Positions 33,299-47,052 of a stretch of DNA of 64,000 bases are shown one piece after another. The stretch's first letter is position 1; each line of letters begins with the position of its first letter. Position numbers and translations under genes: made by a program. The notes below the pieces were generated by a model that was given only the letters and a program-made list of their open reading frames with translations, was not told where the DNA came from and did no database searches. Source of the stretch: Sphingomonadaceae bacterium (lineage in GTDB: Bacteria; Pseudomonadota; Alphaproteobacteria; Sphingomonadales; Sphingomonadaceae); assembly GCA_039831335.1 (NCBI GenBank), contig JBDONL010000003.1, positions 652,238 through 716,237 of the forward strand, written 5' to 3'.

Positions 33299-34855
33299 AT
33301 GTTTACTCGTCGCTCACTGATCCGCACGGCCGCCACTGGCTTTGCGGCTGCAAACCTTGCTGCACCGGGCATCCTGCGCGCGCAAAGCTGGTTTCGCGAT
33401 TATCCGTTCAAGCTGGGTGTGGCTTCGGGTGAGCCAGCCAGCGACGGTTTCGTAATCTGGTCTCGGCTTGCACCCGAGCCTTACGAGCGGCATGCGGGCG
33501 TGCCGATGTCGGCTCTGCCCGTCGATTGGGAAGTGGCCGAAGACGACCGTTTCCGCACTGTCGCTGCCAAGGGAACGGCCATTGCTCGCCCGGAATTGGG
33601 CCACAGCCTTCATGTCGAAGTGTCCGGGCTGAAACCCAACCGTCCCTATTGGTATCGCTTCACCGTCGGCAGCGATCGTTCGCTCACCGGTCGCGCCCGC
33701 ACCCTGCCCTCAGCGGGTGCCGCAGTCGATCAGCTGCGGTTCGGCGTATGCGGTTGCCAGCATTACGAAAGCGGCTTCTTCACCGCCTATCGCGATATCG
33801 CCGAAGACGATCTCGCCTTCGTGTTCCATTACGGCGACTTCATCTACGAATACAGCTACGACTACAATTACGGGCCGGATCGCCTGCCAGTGCCCAAGGT
33901 CCGCCAGCACCGTTTGCGCGAGGTCTATTCGCTGGACGATTATCGCCAGCACTATGCGCAATATATGACCGACCTCGACTTGCAGGCGGCTCGTGCATCG
34001 CAGGTGTTCCTGCCGACCTTCGATGACCACGAGATCGAGAACAATTGGGTCGACGACTATTCTCAAGACCCCGATGTTCCGCAGGCCGTGTTCGCCCTGC
34101 GCCGTGAAGCTGCCATGCAGGCGTGGTATGAGAACATGCCGGTGCGGCGCACGATGATCCCCAACGGCAAGTTGATCCATGCCAACCGCCGCCTGGATTA
34201 CGGCAATCTGATGTCGATGAACCTCCTCGACACGCGCAGCTTTCGTTCGGACCAGCCCTGCGGAGACAAATGGGGCGTCACTCCTTGCGCCGGTGTCTAC
34301 GACAAGAATGCGCAGATCATGGGAGCCGCACAGGAAAAGTGGCTCGACGACAATCTGATGCAGAAAGACGCGACGTGGAACTGTATCGCGCAGCAAGTCA
34401 TGGTCATGCCCCTGAACCGCCGCACCAGCGACAGTCAGCCAGAGCTCATGTATAACCTCGACAGCTGGGCGGGTTATGCCGTTCCCCGCGAGCGGCTGAT
34501 GGCGCGTCTTGCAAAGGTCGATAACGCAGTGGTGCTGACCGGTGACGAACATCAGAATTACGCGGGGCTGTTGCTGTCCAAGGATAAGCCGGTGGGGGTC
34601 GAATGCGTGCTGACCTCTGTCACCAGCGGCGGCGACGGGCAGGATCAACGACCGGGAAGCGATCGCATCCTGTCGGAAAATCCGCAGCTCAAATTCATCA
34701 ACGATCAGCGTGGCTACGGTGTCTGCACCGTCAAGCCCGATGCATGGCAAACCGATTTCATGGTGCTCGACAAGGTTTCGACGCATGATGGCACGTTGAG
34801 CCGCCGCGCAAGTGCCGTGATGGAGGCCGGACCGGTGAACCTGTCGATCACATAG
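33299..34855 (+). CDS. phoD: Alkaline phosphatase D family protein, Tat-exported
   Basis: Tat leader MFTRRSLIRTAATGFAAANL from ATG 33299. PhoD-type metallophosphatase motifs (GDFIYEY, DDHEIENN). The upstream part of ORF 33026.. overlaps ychF and was discarded. Confidence 0.88.
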   Translation: MFTRRSLIRTAATGFAAANLAAPGILRAQSWFRDYPFKLGVASGEPASDGFVIWSRLAPEPYERHAGVPMSALPVDWEVAEDDRFRTVAAKGTAIARPELGHSLHVEVSGLKPNRPYWYRFTVGSDRSLTGRARTLPSAGAAVDQLRFGVCGCQHYESGFFTAYRDIAEDDLAFVFHYGDFIYEYSYDYNYGPDRLPVPKVRQHRLREVYSLDDYRQHYAQYMTDLDLQAARASQVFLPTFDDHEIENNWVDDYSQDPDVPQAVFALRREAAMQAWYENMPVRRTMIPNGKLIHANRRLDYGNLMSMNLLDTRSFRSDQPCGDKWGVTPCAGVYDKNAQIMGAAQEKWLDDNLMQKDATWNCIAQQVMVMPLNRRTSDSQPELMYNLDSWAGYAVPRERLMARLAKVDNAVVLTGDEHQNYAGLLLSKDKPVGVECVLTSVTSGGDGQDQRPGSDRILSENPQLKFINDQRGYGVCTVKPDAWQTDFMVLDKVSTHDGTLSRRASAVMEAGPVNLSIT

Positions 34856-34911
34856 TCCGGGCACGATCTTGCCCCCGCTTCGTATTGAAGGAAAGAATTC
34901 ATGGGGCAGGC

Positions 34912-35718
34912 ATGGCAATCGACAAATCAGAAAAATTCACTTGGCTGGTGCGCGTCGGGTATTTCAGCCGCGCCCTGCTCTATGGTGTGCTGGGCTTGCT
35001 GGCACTGACCAGCGCGCAGAAGATTGCCAATGGCACCAGCGGGGTGTTCAAGGCGATCGAAGACTACCCGGCGGGCAATGTTCTCCTCTGGATCATGGTA
35101 GTGGGTCTGGCCGCTTACGCCCTGTTTCGGTTCAGCTCATTCGCGTTCGATATCGAAAACAACGGTTCGGACGCAAAGGGGTGGATGCAACGGATCGGCC
35201 ACGGGGGAAGCGCCATCGGCCATCTGGTGTTTGCCTATATCGCCTACCAACTCGCCTCGTCGCACGGTCATGTACAGGCTGGTGGAGGTGCGCGGAAAGC
35301 GGCATCGGGATTGCTTTCGGCAGAGTTCGGCGGTGTCATTCTGGGCCTGCTGGGTATCGCATTTATCGCCACCGCATTCTTCCAGGCAAAGAAGGGGATC
35401 AGCGGAGAGTTTATGAACCGTATTGCCGGAAGCGCACCATCGGGAACCCGCTGGCTGGGCCTTGCCGGATATTGCGCCAGAGCGGTTGTCTATGGCGTCG
35501 TTGGATGGTCGCTGTTCAAGGCAGGCTTTCTGTCCGGCGGCGCCGATCAGGTAAAAACACTCGGTGCCGCAGTGGAGAGCCTTGCGGGTAACGGCATCAT
35601 TTTTAAACTGACTGCGATTGGCTTGCTCCTGTTCGGTGCATTCAGTCTGATCCTGTCACGCTATCGCATCATCCCGGATCTCGACGAAAGCAGGCTCAAA
35701 CCTGCCTTTCGAAGCTGA
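34912..35718 (+). CDS. DUF1206 domain-containing membrane protein
   Basis: Three repeats of the pattern G(Y)xxRAxxYGVxG followed by a TM helix (RVGYFSRALLYGVLG, GHGGSAIGHLVFAYIA, LAGYCARAVVYGVVG). Confidence 0.7.
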   Translation: MAIDKSEKFTWLVRVGYFSRALLYGVLGLLALTSAQKIANGTSGVFKAIEDYPAGNVLLWIMVVGLAAYALFRFSSFAFDIENNGSDAKGWMQRIGHGGSAIGHLVFAYIAYQLASSHGHVQAGGGARKAASGLLSAEFGGVILGLLGIAFIATAFFQAKKGISGEFMNRIAGSAPSGTRWLGLAGYCARAVVYGVVGWSLFKAGFLSGGADQVKTLGAAVESLAGNGIIFKLTAIGLLLFGAFSLILSRYRIIPDLDESRLKPAFRS

Positions 35719-35793
35719 ACAAAAGCCAGCCTGTAACGATGCACAACAATTTCGGTATTGCCCGGACAGGCCTGCTGGGCCATTCCCGTACTC

Positions 35794-36258
35794 ATGATCC
35801 ATTATGAAGACATCGAGATCGGCCACCGGCAGTCCTTCGGTCGCTATGAAGTGACGCGCGAGGAAGTGGTCGATTTTGCCAGCAAGTACGACCCGCAACC
35901 GTTTCACCTCGACGACGATGCGGCTGCGCAAACCTACTTTGGAAGACTTTCGGCGAGTGGGTGGCACACCTGCGCGATGACCATGCGAATGTTGGTCGAG
36001 AATATGAGCGTGGTCGAGCAGGCGGGGCTTGGCAGCCCCGGTGTCGATAATCTGCGTTGGATCAAGCCCGTCTATCCGGGTGATACGCTACGCTGTGAAA
36101 CCGAGGTGATCGAGAAACGACGCAGCAAGTCACGCCGTGACATGGGCCTCTTCAAATCGCGCTGCCGGACCTTCAACCAAAACGACGAAATGGTGTTGGA
36201 GATGGTCAGTAACGGTCTGATCCGTGTACGAGACCCCGACTCTCCAATCGAAAATTAA
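35794..36258 (+). CDS. MaoC family (R)-hydratase-like dehydratase
   Basis: Hot-dog fold pattern FASKYDPQPFHLD...SGWHT...PVYPGDTL. Start at ATG 35794. Confidence 0.8.
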   Translation: MIHYEDIEIGHRQSFGRYEVTREEVVDFASKYDPQPFHLDDDAAAQTYFGRLSASGWHTCAMTMRMLVENMSVVEQAGLGSPGVDNLRWIKPVYPGDTLRCETEVIEKRRSKSRRDMGLFKSRCRTFNQNDEMVLEMVSNGLIRVRDPDSPIEN

Positions 36259-36806
36259 AAGCGCTTACCTAGCGTTTCGAGAACGAAGTCGGCACGGTCT
36301 GGCACAGTGCCGCGCGGTACTTCGATCGGATCGTAGCCGGCTTCGACCCACGCTTTGGCGACACGTTCATAATCCTTGACCGCCTTCTCATAGCTGTGGC
36401 GACGATCCTCGTCGTTCTCGTAGATATCTTCCCACGGCGGTGTAATGAACAAATAATCGTAGCGCCTGTTCGCCACTTCGGACATCGGCATGTCTCCGCC
36501 TGTCGCCACAATTGCAACGGCAGCGTCGACGATCCCGCGGTCGAAGAAGGTCAGGCCAGCCGCCGCATCGTAGTCGCCTATCGACATGGCCAACGCTCTT
36601 TGCGCAAACGCCGCCGGATCGAACCATGGAAGCGCCAAACCGTCTCCGGCGCGTTCCTCGGCAATGATGCGCCGTCCGGGCTCGTGTACAACGCAATGGC
36701 CGCGTCGTTCGAGCTCCGAAAGAAGCGTCGATTTTCCTCCACCGGAACATCCTGAAATCATAACAAACACCCGTTGGCCCGCACGCGCATCACAGGTGTT
36801 TGTCAT
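36255..36806 (-). CDS. P-loop ATPase/kinase-like protein (AAA_28/NadR-like)
   Basis: Walker A ISGCSGGGKSTLLSEL. 183 aa. Overlaps the upstream lipoprotein gene by 4 nt. Confidence 0.65.
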   Translation of the reverse strand: MTNTCDARAGQRVFVMISGCSGGGKSTLLSELERRGHCVVHEPGRRIIAEERAGDGLALPWFDPAAFAQRALAMSIGDYDAAAGLTFFDRGIVDAAVAIVATGGDMPMSEVANRRYDYLFITPPWEDIYENDEDRRHSYEKAVKDYERVAKAWVEAGYDPIEVPRGTVPDRADFVLETLGKRF

Positions 36807-37302
36807 CCTCCGCAGCGCGCCATACCTGCGAGTGCTGCCTCAGCCCGGCCCTTTCCATCCCGAAGGGTCAAAGTTGCGGGATAATCGAACGTATCGCTGA
36901 CCAGCGATTTCCCCTTCTCTCCAATGTCCACATCCAACGAGCGCCTCTTTCCGTCGTAGTGCGCACGCGTGTCCATAGGACCTGGTTTGCTGCCATTGTC
37001 CGATATAAACCGATCCACATCGCCATCGAGCTTCATATATGCTGCATCGGGATAGATCAGTGCGAGTACTGCGCCGCTGTCGCTTTTGCCGTAAATTGTG
37101 CATCCGCCCCCAGTCAGGCCGAGCGTATCGATCTCTTGCGATGAAATCGGTTGGACTTCGGGCGTATCGGGTGGCGGCGCTTGATTGGCCTCGACCTCAG
37201 CTATCGCTTTTTCATCTGCTGCTTTCCGCTCGGCCGGAGACATCTTGTGCCCACACGATGAAAGCGCACAAGCCAGCACGAAAACGGACAGGAACCGACG
37301 CA

Positions 37303-37306
<4 letters not shown>
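36803..37306 (-). CDS. Hypothetical lipoprotein
   Basis: Lipobox VLACALSSCG. 167 aa. Its start overlaps the mutL stop by 4 nt. Confidence 0.6.
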
Positions 37307-40354
<3,048 letters not shown>

Positions 40355-40370
40355 ACTGGGAGGAGCCATC

Positions 40371-41261
40371 ATGGCGCCGAACGCACAGCGGCGCTCGAGC
40401 TATTCTCGCAGGGCGCAATACACGCAGTTTACCGGCTATATCGTCGCCGGGGTCGGAGCACTGGTTGGCGCCGTATTGCTGGCCGTGTCGCTGTGGCATC
40501 CGGCTTTCCTGTCGGGCCTCAGGGATACTGCGCATGATAGCGTTGAGCCTGCTGCCTCCGGCGTGGCCGTGGCGCGCTCCGGCAGCAGGAATCTCATTTC
40601 GAGCGTTGAGGGGTATCTGCGCGCAGGTTCGCAAAATGCTGCGCTCAAGCGTGAAGTGGAGATAGCCCGCATCCGCCTCAAGGAAGCCGCAGCGCTGCGT
40701 CAGGAAAATAACACCCTGAAAGCCCTGCTTGGGTTGCGCGATCAACAGGTCAAGCCCGTGACTGTGGCGAGATTGGTCGGATCGAGTGCGTCTAGCAGCC
40801 GGCGTTTCGCTTACCTGGGCGCTGGTCGCGACAAGGGGGTCGAGATCGGAATGCCGGTGGTCAGTGCGCGCGGCGTCATCGGCCGCATACTCGAGGTCGG
40901 GACGGACAGTTCACGCGTCCTCCTTCTGACCGACAGCGAAAGCGTGGTTCCCGTGCGCCGGTCCTACGATCAGCTGGTCGCCTTCGCCGACGGTCGCGGT
41001 GACGGTCTTCTCCGCATCCGCCTGATCAATCTCGGGATCAATCCGCTCAAGATCGGTGATATGTTCGTAACCAGCGGTGCGGGCGGCTATTACCAGCCCA
41101 ACAAGGCGGTGGCGATGGTCGTCGAGAAGAACTCCGATGGCGGACTTGCACGAATTGTCAGTGACCCCGCTGCTACCGATTTCGTCGCTGTCATGCCAAT
41201 TTTCGAACCCGAGGCATCGAAGAGCGCGCAAACTCCGATCGAACAAAAGGTCGGCCAGTAG
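40371..41261 (+). CDS. mreC: Rod shape-determining protein MreC
   Basis: Position after mreB. N-terminal TM, a coiled coil (ENNTLKALLGL) and beta-barrel domains. Confidence 0.9.
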   Translation: MAPNAQRRSSYSRRAQYTQFTGYIVAGVGALVGAVLLAVSLWHPAFLSGLRDTAHDSVEPAASGVAVARSGSRNLISSVEGYLRAGSQNAALKREVEIARIRLKEAAALRQENNTLKALLGLRDQQVKPVTVARLVGSSASSSRRFAYLGAGRDKGVEIGMPVVSARGVIGRILEVGTDSSRVLLLTDSESVVPVRRSYDQLVAFADGRGDGLLRIRLINLGINPLKIGDMFVTSGAGGYYQPNKAVAMVVEKNSDGGLARIVSDPAATDFVAVMPIFEPEASKSAQTPIEQKVGQ

Positions 41262-41815
41262 TGGAACGCTATGCCCCCAAGGCGCGCAGCGATGCCTATG
41301 GAAGCCGCATCAACCGGCAGCATTCGCCAATTGTCGCGTTGGCGATTCCATGGCTGTCGATCATCTTCGGGTCCGTGCTCCCAGTATTCGTGATCGCGAC
41401 CGCCCTCCCCCTGGTCCCACCTCTGGGCTACCTGATGCTTCTGGCCTGGCGCCTCGTGCGGCCCGGCCTATTGCCCGTGTGGGCAGGAATTCCGCTTGGC
41501 CTGTTTGATGATCTGTTCAGTGGTCAACCAATCGGATGCGGCATTCTGCTGTGGTCGCTAACCATGTTGGCAATTGAAATACTCGATACGCGCATTCCAT
41601 GGCGCACCTTTGTGCAGGATTGGTTCACCGCCGGTTTAGCCGTTCTGGGGTATGTCGGCGCACAGCTGTTGCTTTCGGGTGGCTCACCCTCGCTCGCAGC
41701 GCTCGTTGCTTTGGGGCCGCAGGTCTTGCTGTCGATTCTACTTTTTCCGGCTGCCGCCCGGCTTGTGTCCGGGCTTGATAATGTTCGCCTGAGGCGCTGG
41801 CGGGTGCTGGCGTGA
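41261..41815 (+). CDS. mreD: Rod shape-determining protein MreD
   Basis: 184-aa polytopic membrane ORF between mreC and mrdA. GTG start shares one base with the mreC TAG stop. Confidence 0.8.
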   Translation: MERYAPKARSDAYGSRINRQHSPIVALAIPWLSIIFGSVLPVFVIATALPLVPPLGYLMLLAWRLVRPGLLPVWAGIPLGLFDDLFSGQPIGCGILLWSLTMLAIEILDTRIPWRTFVQDWFTAGLAVLGYVGAQLLLSGGSPSLAALVALGPQVLLSILLFPAAARLVSGLDNVRLRRWRVLA

Positions 41816-43854
41816 AACTTGGCAAGAACCGTCGGAAACGTTTTACCAGTGCAGCCACGCTGGACGCCTCGTTCTCACGGCGCAGTTTTGTCGTGGCAGC
41901 AGGTATGGGCGGTATTGGAACCCTGCTTGCCTCGAGGGTCGGCTATCTCGCGGTAATCGAAAACAAGAAGTACTCGCTCGAGTCCGAAAGCAACCGGGTG
42001 AATCTTTCTTTGATCCCGCCGCGGCGTGGCTGGATACTCGATCGCAATGGCGCACCGCTAGCGTCCAATCGGGCTGATTTCCGCGTCGATGTCATTCCCG
42101 AACTGATGACCGATCCACAGGGGACCATTACCAGGCTGGGAGATATTCTCGAGCTCGATCCGACAACTGTGGCCGACGTTCACCAGCGCGTGGCGGACGC
42201 GGTCGGCGCGCAGCCGGTCGAAGTCGCCTCCGGGCTCAATTACGACCAGTTCGCAGCCGTCGGCGTGCGTCTTCCCGACCTGCACGGCGTCGTGCCGCAA
42301 CGCGGTTTCTCACGCTATTACCCTACCGGTCCTTCGGTGGCCCATCTGATCGGCTATGTCGGTCAGGCCAATGCGGAAGAATACAAGAAGGACCATGACC
42401 CGCTGTTGATCACGCCGGGCTTCAAGATCGGCAAGGACGGTCTGGAAAAATCGTTCGAGAAGGAATTGCGCGGTGTTCCCGGCGCACGGCGCGTGGAAGT
42501 CACCGCTTCAGGTCGAATCGTAAAGGAGCTGGAAACACGCGAGGACGTTCAGGGTCAATCCGTCAAACTGACGATCGACGGCCCGCTGCAAGACTTTGCG
42601 GCACGGCGCGTAGGACTGGAATCCGGTTCGGTTGCCGTCATCGATTGCCAGACGGGAGGCATTCTCGCACTGGTGTCCATGCCGGCCTATGATCCCAACA
42701 GTTTTGTCGGTGGCATCGGGCGATTGCGCTGGAAGATGCTCAACGAGGACGATCATATACCGCTTCTCAACAAGTCGGTGCGCGGGCTTTATCCGCCCGG
42801 ATCGACTGTGAAGCCGATGGCCACCCTCGCTTTGCAGCAGCACGGCGTTTCGCCCGACGAACACGTCTATTGTGGCGGTGGTTACCAGCTTGGGCGGCGC
42901 TATTTCCGCTGCGATGCCGTCCACGGATCGGTTGATATGCGAACCGCTATCGAGAAGAGTTGCAATACCTATTTCTGGACGATGGTGCATCGCGTGGGTT
43001 ACGACGTGCTGGCCCCCATGGCCCGCACGCTGGGACTGGGCGATGAATTCCAGCTTCCTGGCACGTCGCAGCGCTATGGCACCATCCCGACGCCGGAATG
43101 GAAAATGCGCCGCTTTCACCAGGAATGGACCGCAGCCGACGGTCTCAACGCAGCAATTGGGCAAGGATATGTGCTGGTCAATCCGCTGCAGCTGGCGGTG
43201 ATGACCTCGCGTATCGCGACCGGCAAGAACCTTGTTCCTTCACTCGTTTATGGCAACAAGCGCCCTGTCGGCCCTTCGCTGCCGTTTACCCCGGAGCAGT
43301 TGCAGGTGACGCATGAAGGCATGTTCCGAGTGGTCAATGGTTCAGGCACTGCCTCTATTGCGCGCCTGAATCTTGACGGAATTCAGATGGCCGGGAAGAC
43401 CGGTACTGCGCAAGTGCGCAAACTTGTCTCCCGTGGTCACGTCGGAGACTGGAAATCTCGCGATCACTCCCTGTTCGTCTGTTTCGCGCCATTCGATAAT
43501 CCGCGTTACGCGATTTCCGTAGTGATCGAACACGGCACCTTCGGGTCCGTCGCTGCTGCTCCAATTGCACGTGATGTGATGACGTATCTGTTCGATCCAG
43601 AGAAAGCGCTGGATACGCTTCACAAGCTCGAACAGGGATGGGGTGGAACACCCGATGAAAGAATGCGGAGGCGCTATCTTGCCTTCATCGGAGATCAGGG
43701 TGTCGACGACCCACCGCCGCCGCCGCCAGACCTCGATATTGCGTCGCGAGTCGATGCGGAAAGTCGCGTTGTTGGAATGAAGCCCGGTAGCGCTGAGAAA
43801 GAGACTCCATCCCCCTCGCCTGACGCGAGTGGAACTCCTATAACCACGGCGTAA
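41812..43854 (+). CDS. mrdA: Penicillin-binding protein 2 (elongasome transpeptidase)
   Basis: Transpeptidase motifs STVK (PGSTVKP), SCN (KSCNTYF) and KTGTA. GTGA overlap with mreD. Confidence 0.93.
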   Translation: MKLGKNRRKRFTSAATLDASFSRRSFVVAAGMGGIGTLLASRVGYLAVIENKKYSLESESNRVNLSLIPPRRGWILDRNGAPLASNRADFRVDVIPELMTDPQGTITRLGDILELDPTTVADVHQRVADAVGAQPVEVASGLNYDQFAAVGVRLPDLHGVVPQRGFSRYYPTGPSVAHLIGYVGQANAEEYKKDHDPLLITPGFKIGKDGLEKSFEKELRGVPGARRVEVTASGRIVKELETREDVQGQSVKLTIDGPLQDFAARRVGLESGSVAVIDCQTGGILALVSMPAYDPNSFVGGIGRLRWKMLNEDDHIPLLNKSVRGLYPPGSTVKPMATLALQQHGVSPDEHVYCGGGYQLGRRYFRCDAVHGSVDMRTAIEKSCNTYFWTMVHRVGYDVLAPMARTLGLGDEFQLPGTSQRYGTIPTPEWKMRRFHQEWTAADGLNAAIGQGYVLVNPLQLAVMTSRIATGKNLVPSLVYGNKRPVGPSLPFTPEQLQVTHEGMFRVVNGSGTASIARLNLDGIQMAGKTGTAQVRKLVSRGHVGDWKSRDHSLFVCFAPFDNPRYAISVVIEHGTFGSVAAAPIARDVMTYLFDPEKALDTLHKLEQGWGGTPDERMRRRYLAFIGDQGVDDPPPPPPDLDIASRVDAESRVVGMKPGSAEKETPSPSPDASGTPITTA

Positions 43855-44969
43855 TGGGCGTGATCCCCACCTCGATTGCACGCCAGCCGTGGCGGATGCT
43901 GATTCCGCTCACCGCGCTGGTCTGCTTCGGCGCGCTGGTGCTTTATTCTGCCGGAGGCGGCGGGTGGATGCCCTACGCAGCACCGCACCTGGTGCAGTAT
44001 TTCGTGTTCCTCGTGATGGCCTTCGTGATGACACGTTTTCCGCGCGATTTCGTCGCTTTGATGGCGTTTCCGGCCTACGCCGTGATACTCGTGCTGCTTG
44101 TACTGGTCGAAGCCGTGGGCGCGATGGGCGGTGGTAGCCAGCGCTGGCTCAATCTCGGCTTCATGCAATTGCAGCCTTCCGAATTGATGAAGCCTGCGAT
44201 CGTTCTCGTACTTGCGCGATTTTACGGTTCGTTGCCGGTAGGCGAAGTACCCAGTTGGCGGGCCCTTATTCCCGTCGTCTCGCTGCTTGCCTTTCCGATG
44301 ATCCTCGTCGGTCTGCAGCCTGACCTGGGCACAGCCCTGGCCATCGGTTTTGGCGGAGCAGTGGTCATGTTTCTCGCAGGATTGCCGCTGCGCTGGTTTG
44401 TCGGGGCGGGTGTCGCCGGAGCGGCGATGGCTCCGGTCGCCTTCTTCTTCGTCCTGAAGCCATACCAACAAAAGCGGGTGTTCACTTTTCTCACTCCCGA
44501 AAAGGATCCTCTCGGGGATGGCTATCACATCACCCAGTCGAAGATAGCGATCGGTTCGGGCGGATGGTTCGGCAAGGGTTTTGGCAACGGCACGCAAAGC
44601 CACCTCAACTATCTGCCCGAACCGCATACCGATTTCGCCTTTGCCACAATGGCAGAGGAGTGGGGATTTATCGGCGGTTTGTTCGTCCTGATCGTATTTG
44701 CGCTGATCCTGCGCTGGGGTTGGAACGTCGCACGCAGCTCGCGCGATCGTTTTTCGCAACTGCTCGCCGCCGGTATGGTGGCGACGATCTTCTTCTACGT
44801 CGCAATCAATCTGATGATGGTGATGGGCCTCGCGCCGGTAGTGGGTATTCCGCTGCCCTTCGTCAGCCATGGCGGGTCGTCGATGATGACCAACATGATC
44901 TGCATCGGAACGCTGATGATGATCGATCGCTGGAACCGCATGGCTCCGCGCAGCGGTCTGCGCGGGTGA
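43854..44969 (+). CDS. rodA: Rod shape-determining protein RodA (SEDS glycosyltransferase)
   Basis: SEDS family pattern (LQPSELMKP, PEPHTDFAF, LPFVSHGGSS). TAATG overlap with mrdA. Confidence 0.93.
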   Translation: MGVIPTSIARQPWRMLIPLTALVCFGALVLYSAGGGGWMPYAAPHLVQYFVFLVMAFVMTRFPRDFVALMAFPAYAVILVLLVLVEAVGAMGGGSQRWLNLGFMQLQPSELMKPAIVLVLARFYGSLPVGEVPSWRALIPVVSLLAFPMILVGLQPDLGTALAIGFGGAVVMFLAGLPLRWFVGAGVAGAAMAPVAFFFVLKPYQQKRVFTFLTPEKDPLGDGYHITQSKIAIGSGGWFGKGFGNGTQSHLNYLPEPHTDFAFATMAEEWGFIGGLFVLIVFALILRWGWNVARSSRDRFSQLLAAGMVATIFFYVAINLMMVMGLAPVVGIPLPFVSHGGSSMMTNMICIGTLMMIDRWNRMAPRSGLRG

Positions 44970-45080
44970 AAATCTCAAAAGAAACGAAAAGACCCCCTTT
45001 TCATTCGTGACGCGATAGTTATATGCGGCGCCTCCCGAGTCGAGTGCAACGCATCGCTCGGGCGCCGTAACCGGCCAGGT

Positions 45081-45156
<76 letters not shown>

Positions 45157-45416
45157 TTTTTCAATAGTTCAGCTCAATCTTGCCGATTTCGGAGCGAACA
45201 ACTTTCGACATTAGGCGGGTAGAAAACAGTTTGCGTCTGATCGCTTGAGCTTTAGCTCATCGTACCGGGTTCGTGCGAGACATCACAGCCTTGGCACGTA
45301 GTTCCCCATAGTCATGATCGAGGTTGCGACACGCGTTGTCACAACCCGCATAAGACTAAAAGCGTTGACAGGGAATCGCTTCGCAGATCGCAATCATACT
45401 CAAAGAATGATGGGTA

Positions 45417-46202
45417 TCAGGCGAAGACATCCGCCAGCGCTGTGCCCGACGGCCCTTCTTTCCATGTCAACAACTCAACGTAGAGAGAGGTTTGTGCGGT
45501 GCTCCACACCGTCATAACAATTGTCGACATGAAGAGACTGAAGACGAGGAAGCTTATGGGGAGGTGACCCTGCTCCAATTGGGACAGGCCACTGAACCCG
45601 GCCAGCCCAAATGCGATCCCGGTGAAAATCCAGTACACGATGACTATGATAGCTTCGACCGCGAACACTTTCCAACGCGCCCCTTTGGTAAGCGCACGGC
45701 TTCTTGAAAAGGCACCGAACACACCGGTCTTTTCATGCACCAACGCCGGTGCAGCAATGGCCCACATACAATAGAGCATGACGCCTGGGACAATCAGCAA
45801 TATGAACCCCAGGCCCACGCCCAAGCCCATGAGGATGGCCAAGCCTATAAGTGGAAGAATAGCACCAAGGCCCGTCTGTATGCACTCACCGAAACTGGCC
45901 TTATGACCATGTGTGTGCGCGATGGTAGCCCGTACCAAAGCGCCTTGGACCAGCGATTGAAGCACGATCGAAACGATCGCTCCGATAATCGCCAGGCCGA
46001 CCACGCCCAGTTGCTGATAGTGTGTTATGGCGCCCCCACGCCAGGACATATTAAACCAGTTGAAAACGACCGAGGGCAGTCCGCCGAAAATCAGCGCTAT
46101 ACCGAACATTACTACCGAATTGTCTGCCAAGACCGAGAAGGTCCGGCTGAATACGCGTCCGATTGAAACCTGCTGGTTGTCTTCGATTGCCTGCGTTGCC
46201 AT
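45417..46202 (-). CDS. Hypothetical polytopic membrane protein
   Basis: 261-aa ORF with about 6 hydrophobic helices and no recognised catalytic motif. Confidence 0.6.
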   Translation of the reverse strand: MATQAIEDNQQVSIGRVFSRTFSVLADNSVVMFGIALIFGGLPSVVFNWFNMSWRGGAITHYQQLGVVGLAIIGAIVSIVLQSLVQGALVRATIAHTHGHKASFGECIQTGLGAILPLIGLAILMGLGVGLGFILLIVPGVMLYCMWAIAAPALVHEKTGVFGAFSRSRALTKGARWKVFAVEAIIVIVYWIFTGIAFGLAGFSGLSQLEQGHLPISFLVFSLFMSTIVMTVWSTAQTSLYVELLTWKEGPSGTALADVFA

Positions 46203-46344
46203 CCCTGCGCCCCTTTTTCCTTATTTGAATGGCAGCTTAAGACCATTGCGATTTTTGTCCAGCGCCATTCTGCGCCATTGCACATGGCGGTAAACCGGTT
46301 AGTTTCATGCGCCTAAGGGGTCGTAACAGGGGTTGTCGATACAC

Positions 46345-47052
46345 ATGGCCGTGCCATCCGGTCTTGATCTTTCGGGGGTGTCCGACCCGCGCTTTGTCGC
46401 AGCACACCAGGCTCTGGTGAATGATAACGCAGTGCAGTTCGATCTCCAGAAGGCGCCTCCTCCCCCACAACCTCCACAATGGTTGTCGACCCTCGGTCAT
46501 TGGGTCGAAGACATACTGAAGCCAATCGGTCGCTTCTTCGAATGGCTGACCAGCTTCATGCCGAATGCTCCGGTCGCCCGCGTATTGTTGTGGCTTGTCA
46601 TCATCGCGATCGTCAGTGCGGCCTTGTGGCTCATCATCAATCGTCTCCAAGGCAAATCGCTCTGGTCAAAACGTGCACGCGCTCAGCACGATGAACCAGG
46701 AGTAGCGAATGAAAGCGATTGGGTACCAGACCGGAATGCCGCATTCGACTGGCTTGCCGAAGCCGACCAATTGGCCGCAAATGGTGCCTTTGCCGAGGCG
46801 ATACACCACCTTTTGTACCGCAGCATCGAGGATATCGAGCACCGCCGTCCCGAGCTTGTCCGACCGGCTTCAACGAGCCGTAATCTTGCGGCTGCAAGCG
46901 CAATCCCATCGGAAGCGCGAGCCGGTTTTGGGCAAATCGTCGCGCTTGTGGAATACAGCCTGTTTGCAGCCAAATCGGTCAATGAAGCTGATTGGGTAAC
47001 AGCACGCGATGCCTATCACGATTTCGCCATCGCACGAGCTTGGCAGGTATGA
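46345..47052 (+). CDS. DUF4129-like membrane protein, first gene of the MoxR/DUF58 operon
   Basis: Central TM (VLLWLVIIAIVSAALWLII) and a helical C-terminal domain (HHLLYRSIEDIEHRRPELV...STSRNL). Start at ATG 46345 or TTG 46333. Confidence 0.6.
   Translation: MAVPSGLDLSGVSDPRFVAAHQALVNDNAVQFDLQKAPPPPQPPQWLSTLGHWVEDILKPIGRFFEWLTSFMPNAPVARVLLWLVIIAIVSAALWLIINRLQGKSLWSKRARAQHDEPGVANESDWVPDRNAAFDWLAEADQLAANGAFAEAIHHLLYRSIEDIEHRRPELVRPASTSRNLAAASAIPSEARAGFGQIVALVEYSLFAAKSVNEADWVTARDAYHDFAIARAWQV

Noticed and set aside
44970-45080. Terminator or promoter structures between rodA and tRNA-Lys
   Set aside because: There is only a weak AT-rich hairpin (GAAAAG/CTTTTC) and an imperfect GGCGCC...GGCGCC stem without a U-tract. 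This is not convincing enough to annotate.
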